A stretch of 64,000 nucleotides of DNA from Phyllobates terribilis. Its lineage: Eukaryota. Position numbers and translations under genes: made by a program. Every line of letters begins with the position of its first letter. Position 1 is the stretch's first letter. Below the pieces are notes generated by a model. It was not told the DNA's origin. It saw nothing but the letters and a program-made list of their open reading frames with translations, and searched no databases. Location of the stretch: contig NW_027362762.1 in NCBI RefSeq assembly GCF_046119375.1, positions 147,498,001 through 147,562,000 on the forward strand, read 5' to 3'. This document shows, piece after piece, positions 47,119 to 58,769 of the stretch.

Positions 47119-48468
47119 GGCCCGAACAAACTGTAACGGGTCTGGGAGGCGGAACCTCTGAGCTACTATACAAGGGGGCGGTCCTTGTAAGGGAGCGGGT
47201 GGCGACCAGGGAAGACGGGCAGGCAGTCACAGCAGGTGACCGGGACAGTCTCAGGGTGAACGGGCAGGAGGTCACGGCAAGTGACCGGGGCAGTCTCTGG
47301 ATGAACAGGCTGGAGGTCACGGCAAGTGACCGGGGCAGTCTCTGGATGAACGGGCTGGAGGTCACGGCAAGTGACCGGGGCAGTCTCTGGATGAACGGGC
47401 TGGAGGTCACGGCAAGTGACCGGGGCAGTCTCTGGGTAAAGGGTAGGTATGACCTGTGATGGCTGAACCTCCAGGTAGGCTAGCAGGCAGATGGAAGATG
47501 TGTGCTCCCAGGTGAGCAAGCGAGAGTCTCTGGATGAACGGGTGGTCACAGCATGTGACGGCGGATCCTCCAGGTAGGCAAACAGGCAGGTAGCGGAGGA
47601 GCGCTCCCAGGTGAGCGGGCAGGAGTCTCTGGAATAGCAGGTGGTCACAGCACGTGACGGCGGAGCCTCCAGGTAGGCAAGCAGGCAGGTAGCGGAGGAG
47701 CGCTCCCAGGTGAGCGGGCAAGAGTCTCTGGAATAGCAGATGGTCACAGCACGTGACGGCGGAGCCTCCAGGTAGGCTAGCAGGCAGGTAGCAGATGTGC
47801 GCTCCCAGGTGAGCGGCCAAGCTAGTCCATAGACAGACTGACAGGAGTAGGAAGGCAGACCGTCGGACCTCAGGCTAGCAAGCAGGTAGCAGGAATATCA
47901 GGCAGGAAACAGACAGCAAACTGGCAGGACTCTGGCAGGAATCAGGCAGGTAACAGACAGCAAACTGGCAGGACTCTGGCAGGAATCAGGCAGGTAACTG
48001 ACAGGTAACTGGCAACGGGACCTGAGGGCTGAAGCAGAGTAGTGAACAGTGCAACAACATTGCTCGGGCACCTCCATTTTGGAGGGGGTGCCTTATATAT
48101 GGTGAAGTCCTCCGGCCATTGGCCGGGGACTCCTTAGGACGGCGCGCGCGGCCCCTTTAAGAGGGAGGGAGCGCGCGCGCGCCCTAAGCACAGTGGCCGG
48201 GAAGGAGCGCGCGCTGCCAGCAGAGCGGGAGGAGGACGCCGGGCTCGGAGCAGAGAGGTGAGGGGAACAGCGTCCCTGCCTAGCAGAGGGCAGGGACGCC
48301 GACGCTACAGTAGGTCATCGCGTAGCACAAAAGGCCAGACCCCTGTCAGGTATAAGGAGTAAGTTAAAAATACCTGCAGTATAAATAGTTACCCAGTAGG
48401 GTATTGCATAATGTTTATTGTATAAACTGAAATATATGTGTTTATTTAGTTACCCGTAAGGGTATATA

Positions 48469-50918
48469 CAGTTATATGAAAAAGTTTGGGTACCCCTATT
48501 AATCTTAAGCTTAATGTTTTATAAAAATTGGTGTTTTTGCAACAGCTATTTCAGTTTGATATATGTAATAACTGTTGGACACAGTAATGTTTCTGCCTTG
48601 AAATGAGGTTTATTGTACTAACAGAAAATGTGCAATCTGCATACAAACAAAATTTGACAGGTGGGCACCTCACCAGAAAAGTGACATTAATATTTAGTAG
48701 ATCCTCCTTTTGCAAAAATAACAGCCTCTAGTCGCTTCCTGTAGCTTTTAATGAGTTCCTGGATCCTGGACGAAGGTATTTTTTTTTTTTCAAATTCAAG
48801 TTTTTTTTATTTTTTGTGTTGAAAAAGTACAAGATAATACAATATACATAGTAAAAGGGGTAGCGTAACTATAAATCTATGCATAACTACAGTACATTGG
48901 GGGGATACAGGGAGGGTTTTCCATCAATATCCAGATCAAGCATGTATTTTTCCATATGAAAGATAGAGAGAGAGGGAGCGGACCACGGCAGACCACCAAT
49001 CAATAGAGTGTGATTATGATCATTGTTGTGACGACATCCCGGATAACTTTAGTTGGGGGCTAGATGGTAGGCGTCAGAGTTTTGGAAATCCATCCAATCC
49101 CTCCAAATCACACAGTATCTATCAACATCAGCCGGTGAGATGGCAATCAGATGCTCCATCCTATTAAGGAGAGAAATCTCCGCAAACCATTCCTCCACAG
49201 TGGGTGGGTCTCTAATTTTCCAGTGTCGTGGAATGACATTGTTAGCCGCCTGTATTAGGTAGCCTATTGATGACCTTTTATAACTACGTTTACTTATTGG
49301 TAACATTGATAAAAGGAGGGCTTCTGGCGTATTAGGGATAGTCAAACCAGTTATTTTCTCAATCATGGGAACCACCTTTGCCCAAAATGCATTTATTATA
49401 GGGCACCCCCAACATATGTGTGACATTGTCCCTTCCCCCTCCCCACATCTCCAACATCTGTCTGAGACCACTGGGTACCATCTATGAAGGACTGCTGGTA
49501 CCCGGTACCATCTAGAGATAATTTTGAAGGAGGTTTCCTGAGCTTTGGACCCTATTGAGGTTTATGTGTTAGGAAGAAGGATGAAGGTATTTTTGACCAT
49601 TCCTCTTTAAAAAACAATTCCAGTTCAGTTAAGTTTGATGGTCGCCGAGCATGTACAGCCCTCTTCAAATGATCCCACAGATGTTCAATGATATTCAGGT
49701 CTGGGGACTGGGATGGCCATTCCAGAACATTGTAATTGTTCCTCTGCACGAATGCCTGAGTAGATTTGGAGCGGTGTTTTGGATCATTGTCTTGCTGAAA
49801 GATCCATCTCCTGCGTAACTTCAATTTTATCACTGATTTTTGAACATTATTGTCAAGAATCTGCTGATACTGAGTGGAATCCATGAGTCGCTCAACTTTA
49901 ACAAGATTCCCGATACCGGCATTGGCCACACAGCCCCAAAGCATGATGGAACCTCCACCAAATTTTACTGTGGGTAGCAAGTGTTTTTCTTGGAATGCTG
50001 TGTTTTTTTTGCCGCCATGCATATCGCCTTTTTGTATGACCAAACAACTCAATCTTGGTTTCATCAGTCCACAGGACCTTCTTCGAAAAAGAAATTGGCT
50101 TCTCCAAATGTGCTTTTGCATACCTCAGCCGACTCTGTTTGTGGCGTGCTTGCAGAAACAGCTTCTTTCGCATCACTCTCCCATACGGCTTCTCCTTGTG
50201 CAAAGTGTGTTGTATAGTTGACCGATGCACAGTGACACCATCTGCTGCAAGTTGATGCTGCAGCTCTCTGGAGGTGGTCTGAGGATTGTCCTTGACTGAT
50301 CTTACCATTCTTCTTCTCTGCCTTTCTGATGTTTTTCTTGGCCTGCCACTTCTGGCCTTAACAAGATCTGTCCCTGTGTTCTTCCATTTCCTTACTATGT
50401 TCCTCACAGTGGAAACTGACAGGTTAAATCTCTGAGACAGCTTTTTGTATCCTTCCCCTGAACAACTATGTTGAATAATCTTTGTTTTCAGATCATTTGA
50501 CAGTTGTTTTGAGGAGCCCATGATGCCACTCTTCAGAGGAGATTCAAACAGGAGAACAACTTGCAAGTGGCCACTTTAAGTAGCTTTTCTCATGATTGCA
50601 TACACCTGGCTCTGAAGTTCAAAGTTCAATGAGGTTACAAAACCAAAAAAAGTGCTTTATTAAGTTAGTATAAAAGTAGGTAGGAGTATTTAAAACAAGA
50701 AAATAAGGGTGCCCATACTTATGCACCTGTCAAATTTTGTTTGAATGCAGATTGCACATTTTCTGTTAGTACAATAAACCTCATTTCAAGGCAGAAACAT
50801 TACTGTGTCCAACAGTTATTACATATATCAAACTGAAATAGCTGTTGCAAAAACACCAATTTTAAGAAAACATTAAGCTTAAGATTAATAGGGGTGCCCA
50901 AACTTTTTCATATAACTG
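48469..50918 (-). mobile_element. Tc1 (DD34E) element with about 210-bp IR/DR-type TIRs, disrupted by L1
   Basis: TA-flanked CAGTTATATGAAAAAGTTTGGG ends; long inverted repeats; ATG 50521 MGSSKQLS...; WTDETK, QQDND-34aa-E; one frameshift in an A-run near 50005. Confidence 0.95.
48784..49578 (-). mobile_element. 5'-truncated L1-clade LINE
   Basis: Poly(A) tail; 16-bp TSD GGA(C/T)GAAGGTATTTTT; CWRCGEGEGTMSHICWGCP ORF2 C-terminal Cys domain. Confidence 0.9.
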
Positions 50919-52873
50919 TATAAAGGACTCGTAGGCTGAGGACTGTGAGCAGCCCAAGAACTGTTCATGTACATAGTTGCACTCCCTGGAGTGCTCCTTA
51001 AGTGACCACTGAACAAAAACCCGTTTGGCGTGGCTGAAGACCTGGTCCAGCACCTAGATCACCTATGCCCTGCAGCCACACCCAGGGCCTACGTTGAGGG
51101 TTTTCGGATGGGTCCCTCATGCTGCTCATCTTCACCAGTGAGATGGACACCAGTTAATGGATCTCACTGAGACTTTAAGAGGAGTGTTTTATATAAGAAA
51201 ATGTATTAATGTTATTATTGTATTATAATGTTACCTGTAACGTTCAAGAAAAGTGCCTCCCATAAAGGGAAGAAATGTTACTGTTTAACCTGTTTTGAAA
51301 AAAATTCTTCAGTCCAGGAGTACCGAGTTTTACTAGGGGGGGATGTGGCGCCCTGCTGTGCACTGGTGCCACAGAACCCAGAAGGGTGCATGGATGGACT
51401 TCTCCACAAGAGGCCCTCTTGTGCCGGGTGCCAGGGCCCTGAGCAAGCGGGGGGGGAGCGGGCGCTGACACCGCTCTACTCCGCTCACGGGTCCCATAGC
51501 ACGCGGGGTGCCCGATGGTGAGGGCCCCCGCCTGCTCAGGGCCCCGGCATTTGCCCGGGTGCTGACGCCGGCCCTACGGGGGCCCCAAGAGGAGACGCAC
51601 AAGAGGGGGGCCCCAACGGGGCTCCGAGGGGGCCCCGACCGGCCGGGCCCCATACTGGAGTCAGGACAGTCATGCCCTGATGGCGGCCCTGCTGGAGGCT
51701 GGAGGGGCCCCCTCTGCCTCGGGGCCCCCATTCAATGAACAGGCTGCACGGGCGGTAGGTCCGCCCCTGATGTCCACCCCTGCACAAAGCAGTGTGACTA
51801 ATGTAAAAGACTGGAACGATACTAATAAAGGGTAAATGATAACAGAACTGTTAGTTTGTGGATACTAGTCACACCGACCTCCAGAATAAAAATCCTAATG
51901 TTGTCCAGCTGCTTTTTAGAGGGTACTTCAATGGATCACTTTCTGATTTGAGAATTGTAATTGCTATTAAGAATTTGTTTAGCCGGATTTCATCCCCAAG
52001 CTATGCATGTGCATCATTCACAGAAAAGTCCAGCAATACTTTGCACTTCTCAGGAACAGACTGACTATGTAGTGTTTGAATATATATGCAAAGTGCTTTA
52101 GTCGGGGGCAATCTCTCCTCAAGCCTCTTGTCACTTAGTTGCAAACAAGTAGAAGATGATGAGTTTACCACTTTGTTGTAAAATCAAATCCTGGAACCAC
52201 ATCAGTGGGTGCTGAATCCTGCTGGTGATCAGCAAACTATGAAATATATATTTTTTTTTTAAGCAAAACTATTAGTAATATCATTAAAAATGTATTAGTA
52301 ATTCATTAAACAGCATTCTACATGAATAGAGAACTGAGATCACCTTGAGCTCTATTACCTGTCCGGTGATGCTTTCTCCTGCCTGACAGCTTATGTGCCG
52401 TGGTGTTGGGGCGAGGCTCTAGCTGCGTTTTAAGATCTTTCTTTAAGCATGCCTAAATAATAAGGTGCTAGTTGCACCCTTGGTATGGCTGGGTAGTTCG
52501 GTGCACTTTTCCCACCTACTTGTTTTTCATTTACTCTCCTCTGGCTCCTGTAAAACCAGTAATGTCAATCAAGGAAGAGGAGATTGTAAACAGCCCACAT
52601 AAAGCATGTTTGTTTTTTGTTTTTTTACACAAGCTTTTAGTTCAAAGTAGCCTAACAAAGGCATATTGTTGGTTTTTGGCAAAGTAGTAATTTGGTTTTA
52701 TAAAGTCTGCTTTCCAGAGGCTTGGTGTCTGGAAAGCAAACCCTTCCAATCTGCTTACTATTCCCCTAAATCGCCGCCTCTGTGCTAAATTACCATATCC
52801 CCTCCCCTGCACGGCACAGGGTCCTGTGACTGCCCTGTGACAGGCCCTGCTCTGCCTACCCTGTATGGCCATA

Positions 52874-53266
52874 CCTACAAAAGACAAAAATATATCTCAT
52901 ACCCTACCATCATTATATATAAATGTAAAGCAAAGTTGCATAATAAATATAGGGTACTTAGTGAACTATTTTTGATCAAAAAAAAGTATACAAGCCGTCC
53001 CACCAGCGGCAAGGTGACCCTAAATTGGGACGGTACCTATACTGCCTATATTAAAACCCTTACTGTATATCAAAGTTGAAGTAATGCATATAAAAGGGTA
53101 GACAAATAGGACCGGGTCCCAACTCCAGACCACCTAGGCCCGTGGTAAGCTACATATATACTGATCAAAAATAGTTCACTAAGTACCCTATATTAATTAT
53201 GCAACTTTGCTTTACATTTATATATAATGATGGTAGGGTATGAGATATATTTTTGTCTTTTGAAGG
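52874..53266. repeat. Copy-3-specific insertion with about 100-bp inverted arms
   Basis: 52878-52978 versus 53162-53262 inverted, one mismatch seen; absent from copies 1 and 2. Confidence 0.85.
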
Positions 53267-53335
53267 AAATGTGCACATGATGTCTTAAAATCGTGATCTT
53301 CTAGAAGGACAGGTAAGGGTCTCACTAAATGCTGA

Positions 53336-54415
53336 TATGGCGGCCTGCTGTGCACTGGTGCCACAGAACCCAGAAGGGTGCATGGATGTAGTTCTCCACA
53401 AGAGGCCCTCACACATTCACACACCTCCACCCTACCACCTCAGACCAGCAGAGGGAGCCCGTTAGGGATATATAAAGGGAGGGTGGAGCCAAGCAGCTCA
53501 GTGAGAAGTTAGTTAGTCTCTCAGACACAGAGAGGGACAGAGCTCAGAGTTGAGCAGAGAGCGTGCTGACGCTCAGAGAGCAGCGAAGAGGCAGCAAGCT
53601 GGCTGCTGTGCTTAGGCAAGCCAAGGCCTACAGCACGTGTGAGGGCCCTGAGTGTGGCCGAAGGCGAGAGGAGAAGGAAGAAGTAGCGAGGGGGCAGAGG
53701 AGCATACCAGGCTCACCCCGATATATATACCGGACACCGGGTCCGCACCTACGGGGACCCTTTATACCCAGTAGTGACCACCGGAACCCCTGGAGGACTA
53801 CAGGTCCCAGGTTCACCAAATGCTGGGCTAGGAGTCACGGAGGCCCCAGCGACCAGGGAGAGTAATCTCCAAGAAAAGTCCCTACCACCAAGTCAGCAGG
53901 TGCAAAGAGAGACAGTAACCAAGCTAGGCCTAGCTCCAGGCAGGTCAGAAGCTTAGCGAGTAAAGCCACGGATCAGGAGTCCTATACCCGCTCACTGGGG
54001 AGAGTCCAAAAGTGCACCCTTCGTCCGGAGTACCCTGAACCGTGCCTGCACCATCACCAGTAAAGGTACTGAAGCTTACCCCCGTGTGAGTGTCCGTCTT
54101 TCCTCCGGGACCGTCCTGCCGTCTCTCCCCTGCATCCACCATCTACCCCTACACTGCCATGGGGCTAGCTCTACCTGTGGAGAGCCATACTATCCTTGCT
54201 GCCGTAACACCGGCTCCAGAGGACTGCTCCGCAGCGGCGGCACCCTTTTGCCGCATTCCACAGGTGGCGTCACAAACTTTCCAAATCCCCTATATATAAT
54301 TTCCCCTTTATACTGACCGCCCTGGGTCACGGACCGGGCCAGCCACCGTGATATCCCCCACCGGCATACGCAGAGGCCTGGCTGCCGAGGACCCCACGGC
54401 CCAGGGGTCGCGTCA
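53336..54415 (+). mobile_element. Solo LTR (1080 bp), duplicate of 1610-2689
   Basis: CTGA TSD at 53332-53335 and 54416-54419. Confidence 0.9.
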
Positions 54416-57314
54416 CTGACAGTCGGCTTAAAGGGAACCTGTCACCAGGTTTTTACCATGAGGCAAGACCACCACCTTTCAGGCCTGATATACAGCATTT
54501 TTTAATGCTGTATATATGCCCCCAACCCGGCCTACAAGACCATGTTTTATTATACTCGCCTGTGGGGCGGTCTGGTTCAAGGGGTGACGCTAGTCTTTTT
54601 CCGGCGCCTACCTTCCTTTGATGCCGTCCTTTTTGCTTCGTGTGGATGACGCGTCCCTATGTCATCCAGTCTCCCCCCCGGCATTGCACTCCTGCGCAGG
54701 CGAACTTCTCTGCCTTGTCGGGGGCAGAGCAAAGTACTGCAGTACACATGCCCCAGGAAAGGTCAGGTTAAGTGTCATCAGTGTTTGGTCAGTGTCACTT
54801 TTCACCATCAGTTTCACATGATAAATGAATGACATGGCTTCTATGCTTTGCAATGTTAATCATGGACAACACACAGTGTACAGTACACTAATATCATGCG
54901 TGTGCTGTGATTCTCACAGACCCATACACTTGTACTTTTCCTCTATGAAGCCAGTTAAAAAACAAAAGCACATCACTGATTTTTGCATGGACACAGTCTG
55001 CAAAACACAGACATGTGAACAGCTCCATAAACTATAATTCATATGTATTTTATCCATGAAACTCACAGAACAGAGGGATCTGAATGAGGCCTAAAGGATA
55101 GTATACTGAAGGTTTATGTCATAACCAGAGACTGGTTTAAATTGGATTTCTACAATATTCTTATATAAAAATGTATTGATTTATTCTTGGATTGTCCATT
55201 AAAAAGAATTATTGCAGAAGGTACAAAAAATTATTAGTTACAAAGTGATTGTCCATTTGTCCATAATTAGCTTAATAGTTGAGATTCACCCATCTTTTCC
55301 TGGGATCCTGGCTGGTAGATTGCGTTTGTCTGTGTGCAGCACGTGTGTCAAGATGACACCATGTGTCCGTTGGGCCTACATCAGCAGCTGGTTTACACAC
55401 AGACCTCGTCCTGTGGAATGGCAAGAGACCCCCCAGTCTCTAAAATGGGCTTTTATAGCACCTGTCATTCCGCATATGGTAGTGAACTAAAAATACACAC
55501 ACAAATAGCGCATGTCATCTAGAAACGATGGCTGATGCAATCTGTATGGTACAGAATAAAGAATAAAATGAATATCCATAATTAATATTTAACACAATGA
55601 AATGAACATCAAAATCAGGTTTGTCAACAATTTTTTTTTATTTCCTATTTTCATTCCTATTACAAAACTTCTGTCCTGTCATAAATGTTCTATTGTACCA
55701 ACACTGCCCTGAAAAGTGCCGGCAGGATTTGCCTTCTTGGTAAAGTCTCTGTCCCTGCAGACTTGGAGATCTCCAGCATTACTCCATGCAGCCATGAGGA
55801 ACTTCTCTCTTTACTCCTTGGGTTTCCGTTGTCCTAGCAGGAAGTGGGCGACGTTCTCGTACATCACAAGGGTGGTACAGCAGGCGGGGTCACAAGGAGG
55901 ATGTTGGGGACAATTCTCTCATAGAAGCTGTGTAAAACATTTTCCTTTTAAGAAAGAAGAAACACAACTATTAACTCTTGTTTTCATCTACCACTAGGTC
56001 GGTGATAACTTGGTGGGGTGAGGGGGGGGGGCACAAGTTTGGGTAAATACGGGCTATACCTATTTCTCAGAAGTTGTAAGGGAATATATCTTTCTAGGCT
56101 TTATCTTGAGTCCATTTTCCTTGTTGCTGATTCTCAGACACCGAGCCTGGAAAAAATAAAGTTTTAACAAATATAACAAACTTTTAAATTGGTTTTTGAA
56201 ATTAAAATCTATAGGCGGCCAGCGCAGTGCACTACATTCGTTTGTGGGACAGAACATGTCGTTAAAGGGTCTTTCTCATCAGTGCATTCCCAGTCCATAT
56301 GCTTTATTAGAGCAGATGTCAGCAGATAATGGACAACCCCCCCCACAGGAATCCCTCCTACCATTTAAGTCATGACTACGTACCATTGCAAACAGCTGAA
56401 GAAATCTGAGGCGGACTATATACAAGAAGAGTTTTCTCATACTTTTATGCCATATCCCTAGAAGATTCCATAAGTGTCTGATAGGCGCAGATCCCAGATT
56501 TGAGACCCGCATCTGTCTCCAGACCTGGGGAACTATGAATAGAGAGATAGCAATTCTGTTTTGTGGAGGTTCCAAAAACTATCCGACGACTCGGCCTTGT
56601 GTTCGGTTATTTTTATAGACCTCGACTAGAGCGGCAGGGTACATACGAAACCAATGCTCCATCCAATTCCTCTTGAAGCTTTTATGTGGCAGATTCAAGA
56701 CCCCTGTGCTATTGATTGGAGGGTGTCTACATGGTTGAACACCCATACTAGTCTAATGTGTTTGAGATGGACAATCCTCTTAAGGAAAGTTCAGAGGAGA
56801 ATACCTACTACAAAACAGCTGGTTGTGTCGGATGTGGTTTTTTGCGCCACTTGGTTTGTTGTCTCATAAGACTATGTTTAAAGTTCTTTATGGTTTGTTC
56901 ATGTTGAGGCTTTGTGACTTTCGTCTGTACCGTACTGTTCCTTTATCATTTCTTTAGAAAAACATTCCATGCTGTTTGATGCAGAACTGGTGCTACTCCT
57001 CTTCATGTTAAGGCATCATTCTACCAATGTGATCGCTGGTCTGATATAACTCGGGATCATTGTTAGGATGCAGGATTTATTTCAGTTAGCTCTCTACTGG
57101 GGTCCTACTAGTGCAGGCATTGAGAACGAAGTACAAAATCAGCAGGCAAATGAGTAGTCAGAAACAAGCAGAGGTCAGGGCAGGCGGCAATGCAAAAACA
57201 TAGTCGGAAACAAGCAGAGGTCAGGGCAGGCGGCAGTACAAAAACATAGTCGGAAACAAGCAGAGGTAACGGCAGGCGGCAGTGAAAAAACATAATCCAT
57301 TGAGCAAGCCATAG

Positions 57315-57995
57315 TCAAAACCAGTAAATCTGTCTGAGAAGCAGCTGTGCAGAAGATGTTATGGGCACGCTGCAAACAACTTGCCACTGCATTTTCTCCT
57401 GGTTAGATATTGTGTCATGGAATCCTCTTCTCAGGAGAATGACATCCCTGATATTTGGAAGTTGGTCCTTCTCTCTCATGTAGAGCCAGCATACTTCATG
57501 TGGGCTTAGCATGGCTTGCAAGTTCTTTCTAGCAGCATTGCTGACTGGCATGTATGGTATAGGATTGTAGACTTGTTTAACAGTCACCTTAATACGCGGT
57601 GGATAGGAGTAAGGCATACTGCGGACTTTAGGTGTTTGAGAGGAAGTTGGCATCTTCCAGGTAGATGGGCTCCCGGGCAACGGGGCTGATGTCTGTACCT
57701 CACCTATTATTTTGGTGGGTTCCTGATGTTTCTTTATATCCACTGGCTCTGCGCTGATGTTTGCTGCAGGTTGTGGTGGTGGACTTTTCAGTCTCACGTA
57801 TCGGCCAGTTTTTTGTTTTGGTGACCCAAACAGGCATTTAATAAATAGCACGATATGATCAAGTGCTGCCATCAGATATCCAGTAAAGCCAGTTTGCCTT
57901 TGGTGGTGTTCAGGCTTCTGGCTGTATGAGGATGTCCTGGCATGTGGGAGATGTCTCCATGCTTGGATCTTTCCTCCAGCTACTGGGGCAGCCAT
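57315..57995 (-). CDS. Second copy of the orphan ORF (226 aa)
   Basis: Same start and stop as 5755-6489; lacks one 54-bp (18-aa) internal repeat. Confidence 0.3.
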   Translation of the reverse strand: MAAPVAGGKIQAWRHLPHARTSSYSQKPEHHQRQTGFTGYLMAALDHIVLFIKCLFGSPKQKTGRYVRLKSPPPQPAANISAEPVDIKKHQEPTKIIGEVQTSAPLPGSPSTWKMPTSSQTPKVRSMPYSYPPRIKVTVKQVYNPIPYMPVSNAARKNLQAMLSPHEVCWLYMREKDQLPNIRDVILLRRGFHDTISNQEKMQWQVVCSVPITSSAQLLLRQIYWF

Positions 57996-58769
57996 TAGGC
58001 TGCCTCCCCCTCCACACACACAAAAGTGGGCGTGGATGGTAGAAAACACTCCCAAAAAAGAAATTAAGTAAAAAAAAACACAAAAATATGATAAAATTCG
58101 CTCTGGATTAGTGTTCAGCTCTCCTCTCTACCTCTGCTTGCCTCGCACTGACCGTTCTTGCTGAACATTCCATGACTCGTGGACAACGGAACTGTGATGT
58201 CATAAAGCCGAACATGGCAACGGGGCTAGTATAGTAAAAATAGTTATGTTATCCATGGCAGATAATCCAATATCAGCTCTCACTGCACGGATAGGGGTTA
58301 GCTACATTGGGATGAAATATATATAAATTTACTAGAGCACAAGTCTAAAGAAGTATTCCCATCTCCAAGATCCTATCCCAAACTGTAGGTGTAATAATAA
58401 TAATATTAGCAAATACCTCCAATTAGAAATGTAATATAGTATTTTTCATTCGCTAGGTCTCTTACCCCATGTGCAGGCATTGCAGGACCTTAGGTATCCA
58501 TGGTTACGACAACTAGCAACTAGCTAACTAACTGTGACTTTATCAGTGGACATCACCATGGATGCCTAAGGTCCTGCGATGCCTGCACAAGTGGAAAGAG
58601 ACATAGTGAATCAAAAATACTATACTACATTTCTAATTAGAGATATTTGCTAATATTACTATTATTACACCTACTACATATTGGGATAGGATCTTGGAAA
58701 TAGGAATGCCCCTTTAATATTTTCAAACATGTATACTTATTAGCCTCGTATGTGAGCCAATGGGATCTA

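Larger units (their letters stand above)
41736..48309 (-). mobile_element. Full-length chromodomain Ty3/Gypsy LTR retrotransposon (Tf1/sushi type), nested
   Basis: LTRs 41736-42917 and 47132-48309 (about 99% identical); 5-bp TSD GTAGG (41731-41735, 48310-48314); PPT immediately inside 42918. Confidence 0.98.
40203..48362 (+). pseudogene. Gag (PNMA-like, tentative) fused in frame to the C-terminal half of integrase; stop codons; split by nested Gypsy at 41736-48309
   Basis: ATG 40203; in-frame TAG TAA near 40365; GQLTGAAEWEV, RFYHCVQKPEDSIRDYAWRVQE; TDQGPAFE, RTTPYHPQTYGLCEKMN; KLDDQWEREPYTV; tail LRR|SSRSTKGQTPVRYKE ends 48362. Confidence 0.85.
38721..51418 (+). mobile_element. Decayed non-chromodomain Ty3/Gypsy element (tRNA-Ser primed) with nested Gypsy, Tc1 and L1; 3' LTR truncated
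   Basis: 5' LTR 38721-39813; PBS TGGCGTCACGAACAG 39818-39832; gag/IN remnant; PPT AGGGGGGGA 51335-51343; 75 bp of 3' LTR 51344-51418. Confidence 0.9.

Noticed and set aside
38721-51418. Gmr1-type (integrase-before-RT) assignment because IN follows Gag
   Set aside because: IN is followed by its C-terminal tail, 3' UTR and PPT with no RT, and only half the IN core is present; deletion explains the arrangement.
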